DNA of 52,221 nucleotides from a virus (Duplodnaviria; Caudoviricetes): IMG/VR virus record IMGVR_UViG_3300027986_000317, positions 1 to 52,221 of that record; one strand, 5' to 3'. Shown piece by piece: positions 1 to 8,229 of this stretch (position 1 is its first letter; each line of letters starts with the position of its first letter). The notes under the pieces were generated by a model. It saw only the letters and a program-made list of their open reading frames with translations, ran no database searches and was not told where the DNA came from. The position numbers and the translations under genes were made by a program.

Positions 1-1176
1 TTGTTTAAGCGGACACGATATCAATACGGAAGTTTGCGACTGAAGAAGCGCAGAACTGGCCCGGATGCGTGGGAGTTTCGGTACTACGAGGATGATTCAC
101 AAAGCCGCCGTGAGCGGAAATATGTGACCATCGGAACGAAGAATGAATATCCCACGGAAAGTGATGCGAGAAGAGCCGTCCAGTCTCTGCTGCTTAAACT
201 CAATTGTGGTGCTCCACGGGCTGAATTGGAAATCCCGAATTTCGGCACTCTGATCGACAAATTTGTGGATGAAGAAATGCCGGAGCGGTACTCGACAGCA
301 GCCTCGTACAAATCGGTAATCAGTACGTACTTGCGACCGAAGTGGAGCGATTATCCTTTGGACCGCTTCAAGCCTATGGCAATCGAACAATGGTTAAGAA
401 GCTTGGACCTTGCACCCAAAACCAAAGGCAACATACGAAGCCTAATGCATCTGATCTTCACCTGCGCCGAGCGGTGGTGCCTGATTGAAATGGGTAAGAA
501 TCCCGTTGCTCTGGTGCGCGTGAAGGACTGTACGAAGAGATTGAAGCGTCCGCGGATTCTGACAGTTGAGCAGCTTTGCTCGCTTACGCCATTTCTGAAG
601 CAGCCCTTCAGGTTGATGGTGACCGTGGCCCAATGTTTGGGACTTCGGGTGAGCGAGATTTTGGCTCTGCAATGGGGCGATTTCGATTTCGAGGAAATGA
701 CACTGCTGGTCCAGAGAAGCATCGTGCACGGCAGGGTGGACGAGGTGAAAACCGAGTACTCGCGTGACCGCGTGCCTCTGGATGAGCATCTGGCGGAACT
801 TCTCTTGGAATGGAAGGGAAAGAATGTTTTCCGAGCTGCCAACGATTGGGTCTTTTCCAATCCGGCCACTCGAAAGCCCTACCATCAGGAGGAAATCCAA
901 AAGAGGCACCTCAAGCGGGCGGCGATTGCCGCTGGCGTGGGCGCCGATGTCGGCTGGCACACATTCCGTCACACGTACCGTTCGCTGTTGGACGAGACGG
1001 GGGCTCCGATGAAGGTGCAGCAAGAGCTTATGCGTCATGCGTCGATTCAGACCACCATGAACGTATACGGACAAGCGATGCCAGCCAGCAAAAGACTTGC
1101 GAATAGCAAGGTCGTACAGATGGTGCTCAAACCCGCCAGCCCCAAGCTGGCGGAAGCAGAAAGAGCGGCGACCTAA
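1..1176 (+). CDS. int: Tyrosine recombinase / phage integrase
   Basis: Catalytic motifs GLRVSEILAL (R), HTFRH (HxxR) and LMRHASIQTTMNVY (H...Y); N-terminal arm-binding-like region; ends 82 bp from a tRNA 3' end. Starts with TTG at the window edge. Confidence 0.95.
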   Translation: MFKRTRYQYGSLRLKKRRTGPDAWEFRYYEDDSQSRRERKYVTIGTKNEYPTESDARRAVQSLLLKLNCGAPRAELEIPNFGTLIDKFVDEEMPERYSTAASYKSVISTYLRPKWSDYPLDRFKPMAIEQWLRSLDLAPKTKGNIRSLMHLIFTCAERWCLIEMGKNPVALVRVKDCTKRLKRPRILTVEQLCSLTPFLKQPFRLMVTVAQCLGLRVSEILALQWGDFDFEEMTLLVQRSIVHGRVDEVKTEYSRDRVPLDEHLAELLLEWKGKNVFRAANDWVFSNPATRKPYHQEEIQKRHLKRAAIAAGVGADVGWHTFRHTYRSLLDETGAPMKVQQELMRHASIQTTMNVYGQAMPASKRLANSKVVQMVLKPASPKLAEAERAAT

Positions 1177-1200
1177 ATGAAAACCTGCCTGTTGATTGAA

Positions 1201-1254
1201 TGGGGGTTTTTGGGGGTTTGCCGGAACCTGCCGATTCCTCGTAACCGATTGAAA
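1201..1254. promoter_or_regulatory. Putative integrase arm-type repeat and IHF site of the att arm
   Basis: TGGGGGTTT twice; reverse complement of 1242-1254 is TTTCAATCGGTTA, close to the IHF consensus WATCAANNNNTTR. Confidence 0.5.
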
Positions 1255-1258
1255 AGGT

Positions 1259-1335
<77 letters not shown>

Positions 1336-1468
1336 CTCTGATAATAACAGACGATCGCTTTGGTTGCCAGCCAAACACTAAAGAGCCACTAACCCGGCCG
1401 CGCTTCGCGAATCTCTTTCCGTTGCGCTACGACAGGGTATACTCCACATAAAAAGGAGAATCGAAAGC

Positions 1469-2038
1469 ATGTCCAGGAAGATCGTTTTCATAGCGTTGGT
1501 GTGCGCTTTGGCGTCAACCATTAACCGGGCTGAGGTGGCAGACTCAGGCGCAACTGGCTTTACCATCAAGATCACGACCAGCATTCACGCAGCTCCAGCG
1601 GAGGTCTACAAGAAGCTGGTGCACAACATTGGCGATTGGTGGAGTTCGCAACATACTTTTTCCGGAGATGCACACAATTTATCTATCGAAGAGCGCCCCA
1701 TGGGCTGCTTTTGTGAAAAGCTGGTCAATGGCGGCGGAGTACGCCACATGGAGGTGGTCTTTTTTTCTCCCGGAAAAAGACTGGTTTTGTCTGGTGGATT
1801 GGGCCCTTTGCAAGGAATCGGCGCTGCGGGAGCAATGACGTTTAATCTTACCGCGGACAAAGACGGCACAAAGCTCGAAGTTACTTACGCTGTTACCGGC
1901 TACCTTTCCCAGGGAATGAATTCCTGGGCAGCGCCCGTCGATGGCGTGCTTACGGAACAGATCACTCGCTTCAAGAATTACGTGGAGAGCGGTAATCCCG
2001 CCGGCGCGGGCACGCCGGACAAAAAACCGCCGGCGTAG
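1469..2038 (+). CDS. Exported SRPBCC/START-like (polyketide cyclase/dehydrase-like) protein, host gene
   Basis: AAGGAG RBS; signal peptide; SRPBCC-like segments IHAAPAEVYKKLV..IGDWW and GTKLEVTY, plus a long C-terminal helix. Confidence 0.75.
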   Translation: MSRKIVFIALVCALASTINRAEVADSGATGFTIKITTSIHAAPAEVYKKLVHNIGDWWSSQHTFSGDAHNLSIEERPMGCFCEKLVNGGGVRHMEVVFFSPGKRLVLSGGLGPLQGIGAAGAMTFNLTADKDGTKLEVTYAVTGYLSQGMNSWAAPVDGVLTEQITRFKNYVESGNPAGAGTPDKKPPA

Positions 2039-2093
2039 CTTAGCTGGCCACAGTTTCGAAGCTGGTAAGTCCCCGAAAAGCGCACCCAACAAG

Positions 2094-3356
2094 ATGGCCG
2101 GCATCCCTCCCGCATCTGAATCCATGATCATAGCGCCAACCGAAAAGCGTGTGCCGGGCATCGACCTCCTTCGCGGGCTCTGCATTGTCGCCGTCGTCCT
2201 GCATCACATCAACCTCAGGATTCGCTTTAATGAGAGTTCCCTGGGCAAGCTGATTGGCCCGGCGGCAAACAGGGTCCTCTTCTGGAGCGGATATTACGGA
2301 GTGAGGGTGTTCTTCGTAATTTCCGGCTTTTTGATCGCCACCTGGTCGCTCAAGCGTTGGGGAGTCCTCAGGAACATTGGTCTTCGGCAGTTCTACCTGA
2401 TGCGGTTTGCCCGGATTATGCCCTGCCTTCTGGGGCTGCTTGCGTTGTTCGCAGTTCTCGATCTCGCCGGCGTTCCGCGATTCACCATCAACCCAGAACA
2501 TACTTCGCTCGCACGCGCCCTGTTCGCCGCGCTCACGTTTCATATCAACTGGCTTGAGGCCCGCACCGGCTACCTCCCGGGAGGCTGGGACGTGCTGTGG
2601 TCGCTCTCCGTGGAAGAGGTGTTTTACATCTTCTTTCCGCTGGTGTGTTTCCTGGTCAGAAAGCAACTGCTCCTGATTGCCCTGCTGTCTGGTTTTGTCA
2701 TCATCGGGCCTTTCGCTCGCGTCCTTATCCACAACGATATCTGGGTTGATTACAGCTATCTCTCCTGCATGGACGGTATCGCCTTTGGGTGCCTGGCCGC
2801 CATGCTCTGCGCCAAAATCAAGTTCAGCGACAAAAGCAACCTGGCCCTTCGAATTTCAGGGATTCTCCTCTGCCTGTTGATTGATGTTTTTCGCCACACG
2901 GCGTTCAAGATCGGATTCTACAAAGCCGGCCTCGATGTGACGGTGTTGGAGATCGGCACTTGCCTGCTGGTCATCGGGCTGCAGCAGCAGTTTGAGAAAA
3001 AATCTACTCAGGCACGCACGTCCGCAGCATCCGGAGGCGGCTTCAAATCATTCTGGCGCGCTGTCACCACTTTTCCTTCAACTCTGTTCCGCTGGTTCGG
3101 CCGAAACAGCTACGAGGTCTATCTCACCCACATGCTGGTGGTGTGGCCCATGGTAATCACGTTTCAACATCTGCATCAATCCATCAACATGGCCATTTTT
3201 TGGTTTATCGCTGCCACCGCTCTCACCGGCGTCTTGGGCCACGTGGTATCACAACTTTATTCTGAGCCCCTGAATCGATCCCTGCGCAGAAAGTTCATGC
3301 CGGCAGCACCGCGCGCTGCGACTCTGCGAGCATCGTCGCAGTCTGGGTCTTATTAA
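2094..3356 (+). CDS. Acyltransferase family 3 (OafA/YrhL-like membrane O-acyltransferase), host gene
   Basis: Motifs IDLLRGLCIVAVVLHH, GVRVFFVISGFLI, FYLMRFARIMP, WSLSVEEVFY, GRNSYEVYLTH. Start is ATG 2094 or 2124. Confidence 0.9.
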   Translation: MAGIPPASESMIIAPTEKRVPGIDLLRGLCIVAVVLHHINLRIRFNESSLGKLIGPAANRVLFWSGYYGVRVFFVISGFLIATWSLKRWGVLRNIGLRQFYLMRFARIMPCLLGLLALFAVLDLAGVPRFTINPEHTSLARALFAALTFHINWLEARTGYLPGGWDVLWSLSVEEVFYIFFPLVCFLVRKQLLLIALLSGFVIIGPFARVLIHNDIWVDYSYLSCMDGIAFGCLAAMLCAKIKFSDKSNLALRISGILLCLLIDVFRHTAFKIGFYKAGLDVTVLEIGTCLLVIGLQQQFEKKSTQARTSAASGGGFKSFWRAVTTFPSTLFRWFGRNSYEVYLTHMLVVWPMVITFQHLHQSINMAIFWFIAATALTGVLGHVVSQLYSEPLNRSLRRKFMPAAPRAATLRASSQSGSY

Positions 3357-3432
3357 TAGCTTCAAGGGATGGTTGGCACTATCTTTAACGCTGTTTTAAC
3401 TGGTCCAACTTTTCTGCCACCTTGGGACTGAG

Positions 3433-3461
3433 TTGGGAGAATTGACGCAGGCTGTTAGAAT
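3433..3461 (+). promoter_or_regulatory. Putative sigma70 promoter of the tRNA-Gly locus
   Basis: TTGGGA-17 nt-TAGAAT with extended -10 (TGT), 23 nt upstream of the tRNA 5' end. Confidence 0.5.
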
Positions 3462-3484
3462 TACTGGTGTCAAGGCTCAATCAT

Positions 3485-3545
3485 GCGGGAGTAGTTCAGT
3501 GGTAGAACGTCAGCTTCCCAAAGTTGGAGTCCCTCCTGCCATCCA
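3485..3545 (+). pseudogene. tRNA-Gly(CCC): intact 5' half plus degenerate T-arm-less 3' part; prophage attachment site
   Basis: GCGGGAGTAGTTCAGTGGTAGAACGTCAGCTTCCCAA is a canonical tRNA-Gly 5' half through the anticodon loop. What follows has no TTC T-loop but does have CTCCTGC and TCCA. Confidence 0.85.
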
Positions 3546-3549
3546 TTGG

Positions 3550-3637
3550 TTTCAATCACTTACACTCGGACACTAAGCCCTCAGTTGGATAAATCAGCGA
3601 CACTCGGGCGCTAGTGTTCACCAAAGTGTTCACCAAA
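3550..3637. promoter_or_regulatory. att arm: IHF-like site and tandem arm-type repeat
   Basis: TTTCAATCACTTA at 3550-3562; perfect tandem GTGTTCACCAAA x2 at 3614-3637. Confidence 0.6.
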
Positions 3638-3659
3638 ACACTTGCGAAGAGATTGGACC

Positions 3660-4115
3660 ATGCCCGAAACAATCAAATGCCTCACCTTGTGGGAACCGTG
3701 GGCCTCTGCCATGGCCAAGGGCCTCAAGCACGTCGAGACACGGCCTTGGTACACGCACTATCGCGGCCCGCTTGCGATCCATGCAGCGAAGAAAAGATTT
3801 AACCCCAATAAATACTCCCCGGAATTCGCTCACCTTTGCCGCAAGGTTAATTTCTGGCCGGACAATCTTGCCTATGGCCGCCTGCTGTGCATCGTGGACC
3901 TCATCGCCTGTCATCGCACCGAGGCGTTCGTTCCGTTGGCAGATGAGAAGCCGTGGGGTAACTATGAAAATGGGCGCTTCGCCTGGGTGACCAACAATCT
4001 CCGTGTGCTCCCTATACCCCTCCAAGTCACAGGACGCCAGGGGTTATTCAACTGGCAGGTTCCAATCTTGCTTGAGGATCTGCTGTCAGAGCGAAAGGCA
4101 GAGGACAAAAGCTAG
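3660..4115 (+). CDS. ASCH domain protein
   Basis: LTLWEPWASAMAKGLKHVETRPWYTHYRGPLAIHAAK (GxKxxExR) and C-terminal GRQGLFNW. Confidence 0.9.
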   Translation: MPETIKCLTLWEPWASAMAKGLKHVETRPWYTHYRGPLAIHAAKKRFNPNKYSPEFAHLCRKVNFWPDNLAYGRLLCIVDLIACHRTEAFVPLADEKPWGNYENGRFAWVTNNLRVLPIPLQVTGRQGLFNWQVPILLEDLLSERKAEDKS

Positions 4116-4360
4116 TGACCGCCGCCACCAACGTCCAGCCGATCCTCGAAAAAGGCCTGCTCCACGTGTACACGAAGGCCTGCGCCATCATGGCGGCAAT
4201 CTTTGACGAGCTACAGTTAGGCCCACAGGACTGCATCCTCGTCTGCTCAGTGCTCACAGAAATGTTTACCGCAGGACTTAAAGACGGTCCTGCAGCTGTC
4301 GAAAAGTTTGATCTGGTGGCCGCGATCCGCACCCGGCTCGCACGTGGTAAAGGCCAATGA
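4115..4360 (+). CDS. Hypothetical phage protein
   Basis: GTG start overlaps the ASCH stop; helical composition. Confidence 0.6.
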   Translation: MTAATNVQPILEKGLLHVYTKACAIMAAIFDELQLGPQDCILVCSVLTEMFTAGLKDGPAAVEKFDLVAAIRTRLARGKGQ

Positions 4361-4391
4361 AAGACCAACGTTAACAGGAGGATTTACCGAC

Positions 4392-4847
4392 ATGAACCTT
4401 GCACAAATCGGACCAAAGAGGTGGCGTCTTCGCATCACTGTACCCAGTCCTATAAAAACTGACTACAGCGGCAAAGAGTGGACTAGCCAGCCACAAGAGT
4501 GGACTAGCTTAGACTGGACGCAACTTTGTCACCAGATTCCCGACTATGACCTTTTTCGCTGTGAGCAATGCGGGCAGGAATTCAACGTACAAGGTGCTCG
4601 CTTCCCGCCTTTTCCTCTTGAATCGTTGATGCAGTTTCACTGGGATAACAAGCACGGCCCTTTGGCCAGGAGCGTTAAACGCCTCGGCCTTACCCGAAGT
4701 CAGCAAATGGCACTGACCCACGTTCTAATGTGGTACATGAGTAAGCCCGACGAACCACAGCAATTCGAAAACTGCTCACAAGATCCAGTAGTCATAACCA
4801 CAACTCAGCAACTTCTGGAATTGGTGAACTGGCCACCTGCTAAATGA
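4392..4847 (+). CDS. Hypothetical protein with C2H2-like zinc finger
   Basis: AGGAGG RBS; FRCEQCGQEF...FHWDNKH. Confidence 0.6.
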   Translation: MNLAQIGPKRWRLRITVPSPIKTDYSGKEWTSQPQEWTSLDWTQLCHQIPDYDLFRCEQCGQEFNVQGARFPPFPLESLMQFHWDNKHGPLARSVKRLGLTRSQQMALTHVLMWYMSKPDEPQQFENCSQDPVVITTTQQLLELVNWPPAK

Positions 4848-5830
4848 AAGCCGCCGTCCTCAATATGAGCCCGCCGCACTACAACCTTGGTGCGCACAAA
4901 CTCGCCAACTGGCTGCGATCCCAAGGCCACACCGTTGAAGAATTCGAGGGCAACCCCGGCCTCTTCCTGGCTGACTTCGATCTGATCTGCCTCTCCGTGA
5001 TCTTTTCCTGGGACGCACCGGCCGCTCTCGATGTCGCTTTGCTCTGGAAGCATCGCGCAGAGGTCTGGGCTGGAGGGCCTGGCCTGTTCGCTCTCCGGAG
5101 CTGGTGGAAGGAGCGAGCTGGCTTCGAGTGCTCTCCCGGAATAGATCCACGCTTCGACCATCAACCGGGAAACTATCGGATGGCCTTTGCCAGTCGCGGC
5201 TGTCCGGTCGGCTGCTACTTCTGCATCGTTCCCCAATTGGAAGGCAGAACATTCAGCCTCAACTGGAACTTCCAGCCAGCACCCATTCTCTGCGATAACA
5301 ACCTCTCCGCCCTGCCGATGGGATTCCAATGTCACATCGTCCGGCGATACTCGGAACGCGGAGCCGTTCGCCTTCTGGACGCAAATTCCGGCTTCGAGCC
5401 AGCCACTTTCGACTGGCAAACTTATTGTGTTTGGAAGTACGTGCTACGCGGCCCCTGGCGCTTTGCCTTTGACTATCTACCAGAAATCGGCGCGGTCCGC
5501 CGCATGATGGAGATCCTCAAGGACGAACCGAGAAAGAAAAAGCGCGTCTACGTCCTCATCGGCAACGAGCCCATGGAGAGCTGCTACGAGCGTGCAATCA
5601 AAGTCCTGGAATGGGGCGGCGAGCCATTCTGCCAACCAATCATGCGGCTGAACGTGTTGGCCAAGGATGACATCACTATCAAGTACGACTGGACCAGGCA
5701 GTCGCTCATCGACTTCGCACGGTACTTCAACCGCTTCCTCTGGAAATACGTACCTCTGACCGAATATACACACCGCAAGAATCAGCCAGCACCGTTCGCT
5801 ACCTCACATTTCAACTGGTGCCTGAAATGA
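4844..5830 (+). CDS. Radical SAM protein with short B12-binding-like N-terminal domain
   Basis: SRGCPVGCYFC (CX3CX2C), DNN motif, VYVLIG; N-terminal NLG..KLA and SVIFSW...VWAGGP Rossmann-like segment. Confidence 0.85.
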   Translation: MKAAVLNMSPPHYNLGAHKLANWLRSQGHTVEEFEGNPGLFLADFDLICLSVIFSWDAPAALDVALLWKHRAEVWAGGPGLFALRSWWKERAGFECSPGIDPRFDHQPGNYRMAFASRGCPVGCYFCIVPQLEGRTFSLNWNFQPAPILCDNNLSALPMGFQCHIVRRYSERGAVRLLDANSGFEPATFDWQTYCVWKYVLRGPWRFAFDYLPEIGAVRRMMEILKDEPRKKKRVYVLIGNEPMESCYERAIKVLEWGGEPFCQPIMRLNVLAKDDITIKYDWTRQSLIDFARYFNRFLWKYVPLTEYTHRKNQPAPFATSHFNWCLK

Positions 5831-5850
5831 AACCCAAAATAACTCTCCAG

Positions 5851-5879
5851 TTGACTATCCCTGTGCCATCGTCTAAATT
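5851..5879 (+). promoter_or_regulatory. Putative sigma70 promoter of the peptide/7TM operon
   Basis: TTGACT-17 nt-TAAATT. A second candidate TTTACT-18-TATAGT lies at 5934-5963. GACTATCCC is repeated at 5853 and 5924. Confidence 0.55.
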
Positions 5880-6061
5880 ATCTGCCTCATTTATGGACGG
5901 TTATAGACGGCGACTGAGAGAGCGACTATCCCATTTACTGTCCCAGTGTTCTTGGTGTATAGTTTTGCTCCTACCCCTAGTCGAGTCCAACAGGCCCCAG
6001 TCCAAAAGGAATATGCCACTTCCACAAGTGAATCACGTAAACTGGCCCCGTGGAGGAACGT

Positions 6062-6193
6062 ATGAAACGTTTGCATTTCCTTTTGGTTCTGTGTGTCGTA
6101 CTCGGTTCGGCCATAGGGGTGGGCGCGCCAGTAGTTGCTCAGGGTTGCTGCGGAAACCCGCCGTGTCCCCCTCTTTGCAACGTCCCAAAATAG
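6062..6193 (+). CDS. Small secreted Cys-rich peptide precursor (43 aa), absent from the ORF track
   Basis: GGAGGA RBS just upstream of ATG; MKRLHFLLVLCVVLGSAIGVGAPVVAQGCCGNPPCPPLCNVPK = Sec signal-like N-terminus plus a 4-Cys core. Confidence 0.8.
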   Translation: MKRLHFLLVLCVVLGSAIGVGAPVVAQGCCGNPPCPPLCNVPK

Positions 6194-6251
6194 CAATCTC
6201 TTACCTTGGGCTGCTTCTCGCGCGCCAATCTCGATCGCACGGAGGCAGCCC

Positions 6252-7037
6252 ATGAAACTTCATCTCTCCACACTCGAATATGCAATATGGTTCAGCGCAG
6301 CACTCTTACACGCCACCCTTGGTGTCGTTATCACAGTACGCGGCGTCCATCGCCGCCTGCCGTTCTTTGCTACGCAGATCTATTTCTGCCTGGCAAGCAA
6401 CATCGTCTGCTACCTCCTGGCGCAAAAAGCTTCACTGCTCACATACGCCTTCGCTAACTTCGGCAGCACCATCATTGTCGATGCCCTCTACGGATGTTTC
6501 CTCTGGAGAGAGGTTTACCTAACCACCTTCGGGCCTCGAATGTTCCTGCCCGCCTGGGTGCCATATCGATTCTTCGTCTATACCAGCGGCCTCTATGCAG
6601 CAGTCCTCGTTACAGGCGTCCTGCTGCCGGCACCGTGGCTCGGATCGGCGCTTGCGGCCATGGCCTTCCTCACGCGTTCTCTGCTGGGGATTATGGCTGC
6701 GGTGTGCATCGTTTTAATTTTCTATTCGGTGCGGCTTGGCATTTCCTGGCGCCGGGACACTCTGATTCTCACCGCAGGCCTGCTGTTTTCAACGGCAACG
6801 GAATTGGCTGCCGCTTACTCTCGATACTTCGTCTCTGCCGAGGCGGTGCCGGTCCTCCGCCAAATTTCAAGCTTTTCCTACCTCGTAACCTTGGCTCTCT
6901 GGATGTGGGGAGTGTCCACACAGAGAGTTGAATCTGAAGCCGCTACCCCGGAAATGCTACGCCAGATCGACGGGGAGCTTGACCGCTCGGCAGAATCTGC
7001 CAGCGCATGGATTTCTCTCAGGGAGCCACACTCATGA
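6252..7037 (+). CDS. Seven-transmembrane protein, candidate peptide receptor
   Basis: GGAGG RBS at 6241; about seven hydrophobic segments in 261 aa; short acidic helical C-terminal tail; no kinase or cyclase domain. Confidence 0.8.
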   Translation: MKLHLSTLEYAIWFSAALLHATLGVVITVRGVHRRLPFFATQIYFCLASNIVCYLLAQKASLLTYAFANFGSTIIVDALYGCFLWREVYLTTFGPRMFLPAWVPYRFFVYTSGLYAAVLVTGVLLPAPWLGSALAAMAFLTRSLLGIMAAVCIVLIFYSVRLGISWRRDTLILTAGLLFSTATELAAAYSRYFVSAEAVPVLRQISSFSYLVTLALWMWGVSTQRVESEAATPEMLRQIDGELDRSAESASAWISLREPHS

Positions 7038-7435
7038 CACAGGATCGTGCCACTCTACCCCAGCTGCTGTCGAAATTAGCCGCCATTCAACTCCGTTTCC
7101 CCGGGCCCAAGGACAAGGCCGATGCTTGGAAGCCGGCGCTCACGGCCGTATCCGCGAAATGCCAGCTCATCATCCAATTTACGGATACTCAAATTCCACT
7201 GTTCAAAGAAAGCAACGAGCTTTATAGCGCCATCGCTGAGGCCCGTAAACGGGCTATAGAGCTTCGTCTGCTCTGCCGGCAGACCATTAGGGTCAAAAAC
7301 CCCATCGCGCTGGCTAAACGCCTTGGAGACATCCGCATGGGATATTCTGAACTGGGCTCAAATCTCAGTTCCATCTGCCTTCTTACCGAACCGTCCCTGG
7401 CCCCGACTGTTGAACTGGTACTGGTGACGGCATAA
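7034..7435 (+). CDS. Soluble all-helical hypothetical protein coupled to the 7TM gene
   Basis: ATGA start/stop overlap with the 7TM gene; 133 aa of amphipathic helices. Confidence 0.7.
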   Translation: MTQDRATLPQLLSKLAAIQLRFPGPKDKADAWKPALTAVSAKCQLIIQFTDTQIPLFKESNELYSAIAEARKRAIELRLLCRQTIRVKNPIALAKRLGDIRMGYSELGSNLSSICLLTEPSLAPTVELVLVTA

Positions 7436-7529
7436 GAGGCACCTAGCGGACTGGACAGTTAAGAGAATTCTAATCTATAAATCTACCTGCATTGGTGGTA
7501 ATCTCTAGTGAAAGTGAAATTGCCCAGAT

Positions 7530-8000
7530 ATGAGTGCAAAGCAAGCCCAAGCCCAAGGCATCGCTAGCGTAATCCGGGAAACCGAGGAGTCTGTTGAGAT
7601 CCAGATACGTCGCGCTGAAAGCTTCCTCCAAATATCACGCCGCTACCTTGACGACCTGCGCCGTTTGGATAACCGCCCCATAAACTCCAGCAGCACCCGA
7701 CATCTCAGCCCGAAGGCCCCCATTATTGATTTTGTGCTGGACTTTTTGGAGGAGCAAGGGTCCCCACAGTCGGATGAGACCATAATCCAAAATATGATTT
7801 CGCGAGGGGTCAATGCCGGCCTCTGGGACCAGCGACAGCAGATTAAGAAATCGCTGGACTACCACCTGCTCAGCGAGAAGGAGAAGTCAAAAAAGTGGAA
7901 ACACGTCAAAGCAAAGCCACCAAAGCTAATGCGCTTCGGCGACCTTATCGGCAAAGCAGAGTGGAAAAAAGAGGATAAGTCCCCGGGAGAGAAGAAGTGA
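7530..8000 (+). CDS. Coiled-coil plus winged-helix-like putative DNA-binding protein
   Basis: N-terminal heptad helix, then IIDFVLDFLEEQGSPQSDETIIQNMISRG (wHTH-like helices) and a basic C-terminus; promoter-like TGGACA-18-TATAAA at 7452-7481. Confidence 0.6.
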   Translation: MSAKQAQAQGIASVIRETEESVEIQIRRAESFLQISRRYLDDLRRLDNRPINSSSTRHLSPKAPIIDFVLDFLEEQGSPQSDETIIQNMISRGVNAGLWDQRQQIKKSLDYHLLSEKEKSKKWKHVKAKPPKLMRFGDLIGKAEWKKEDKSPGEKK

Positions 8001-8224
8001 AGAAGAAACCCCTGGTTGGTCAACGAGTGTACGTTTTCACGAAAAGCCGCGAAGTTCGTGGAAGTTGTACCATCATGGAGGTAACCGAAACGCAAGAAGG
8101 CGAATGCATAATCCGCGTGGATGAACCGCCACAAGGCATACAGCCGGGCGATATGATCGCATATAACTTGCCGACCGATACGCAACAGAAGGAAGGCCAA
8201 TTCCTGAATTTAGCAAGGCACTAG
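7997..8224 (+). CDS. Small beta-barrel-like hypothetical protein
   Basis: GTGA overlap with the upstream stop; GGAG RBS. Confidence 0.6.
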   Translation: MKKKPLVGQRVYVFTKSREVRGSCTIMEVTETQEGECIIRVDEPPQGIQPGDMIAYNLPTDTQQKEGQFLNLARH

Positions 8225-8229
8225 CAACG

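Noticed and set aside
1-1176. Integrase as the podovirus integrase
   Set aside because: It has its own att arm at tRNA-fMet, with different repeats, and is separated from the prophage by two host-like genes.
3485-3545. Intact or intron-containing tRNA-Gly
   Set aside because: No T arm and no downstream 3' exon or group I intron core seen; att-arm features and phage genes follow directly.
4474-4508. AAGAGTGGACTAGC direct repeat, two copies
   Set aside because: In-frame 21-bp-period duplication encoding EWTS twice; too short for an array.
5818-6255. 145-aa plus-strand ORF and the extended 6135 start of the 7TM ORF
   Set aside because: No RBS and atypical composition; the region is better explained by promoters, the 43-aa peptide and the RBS-supported ATG at 6252.
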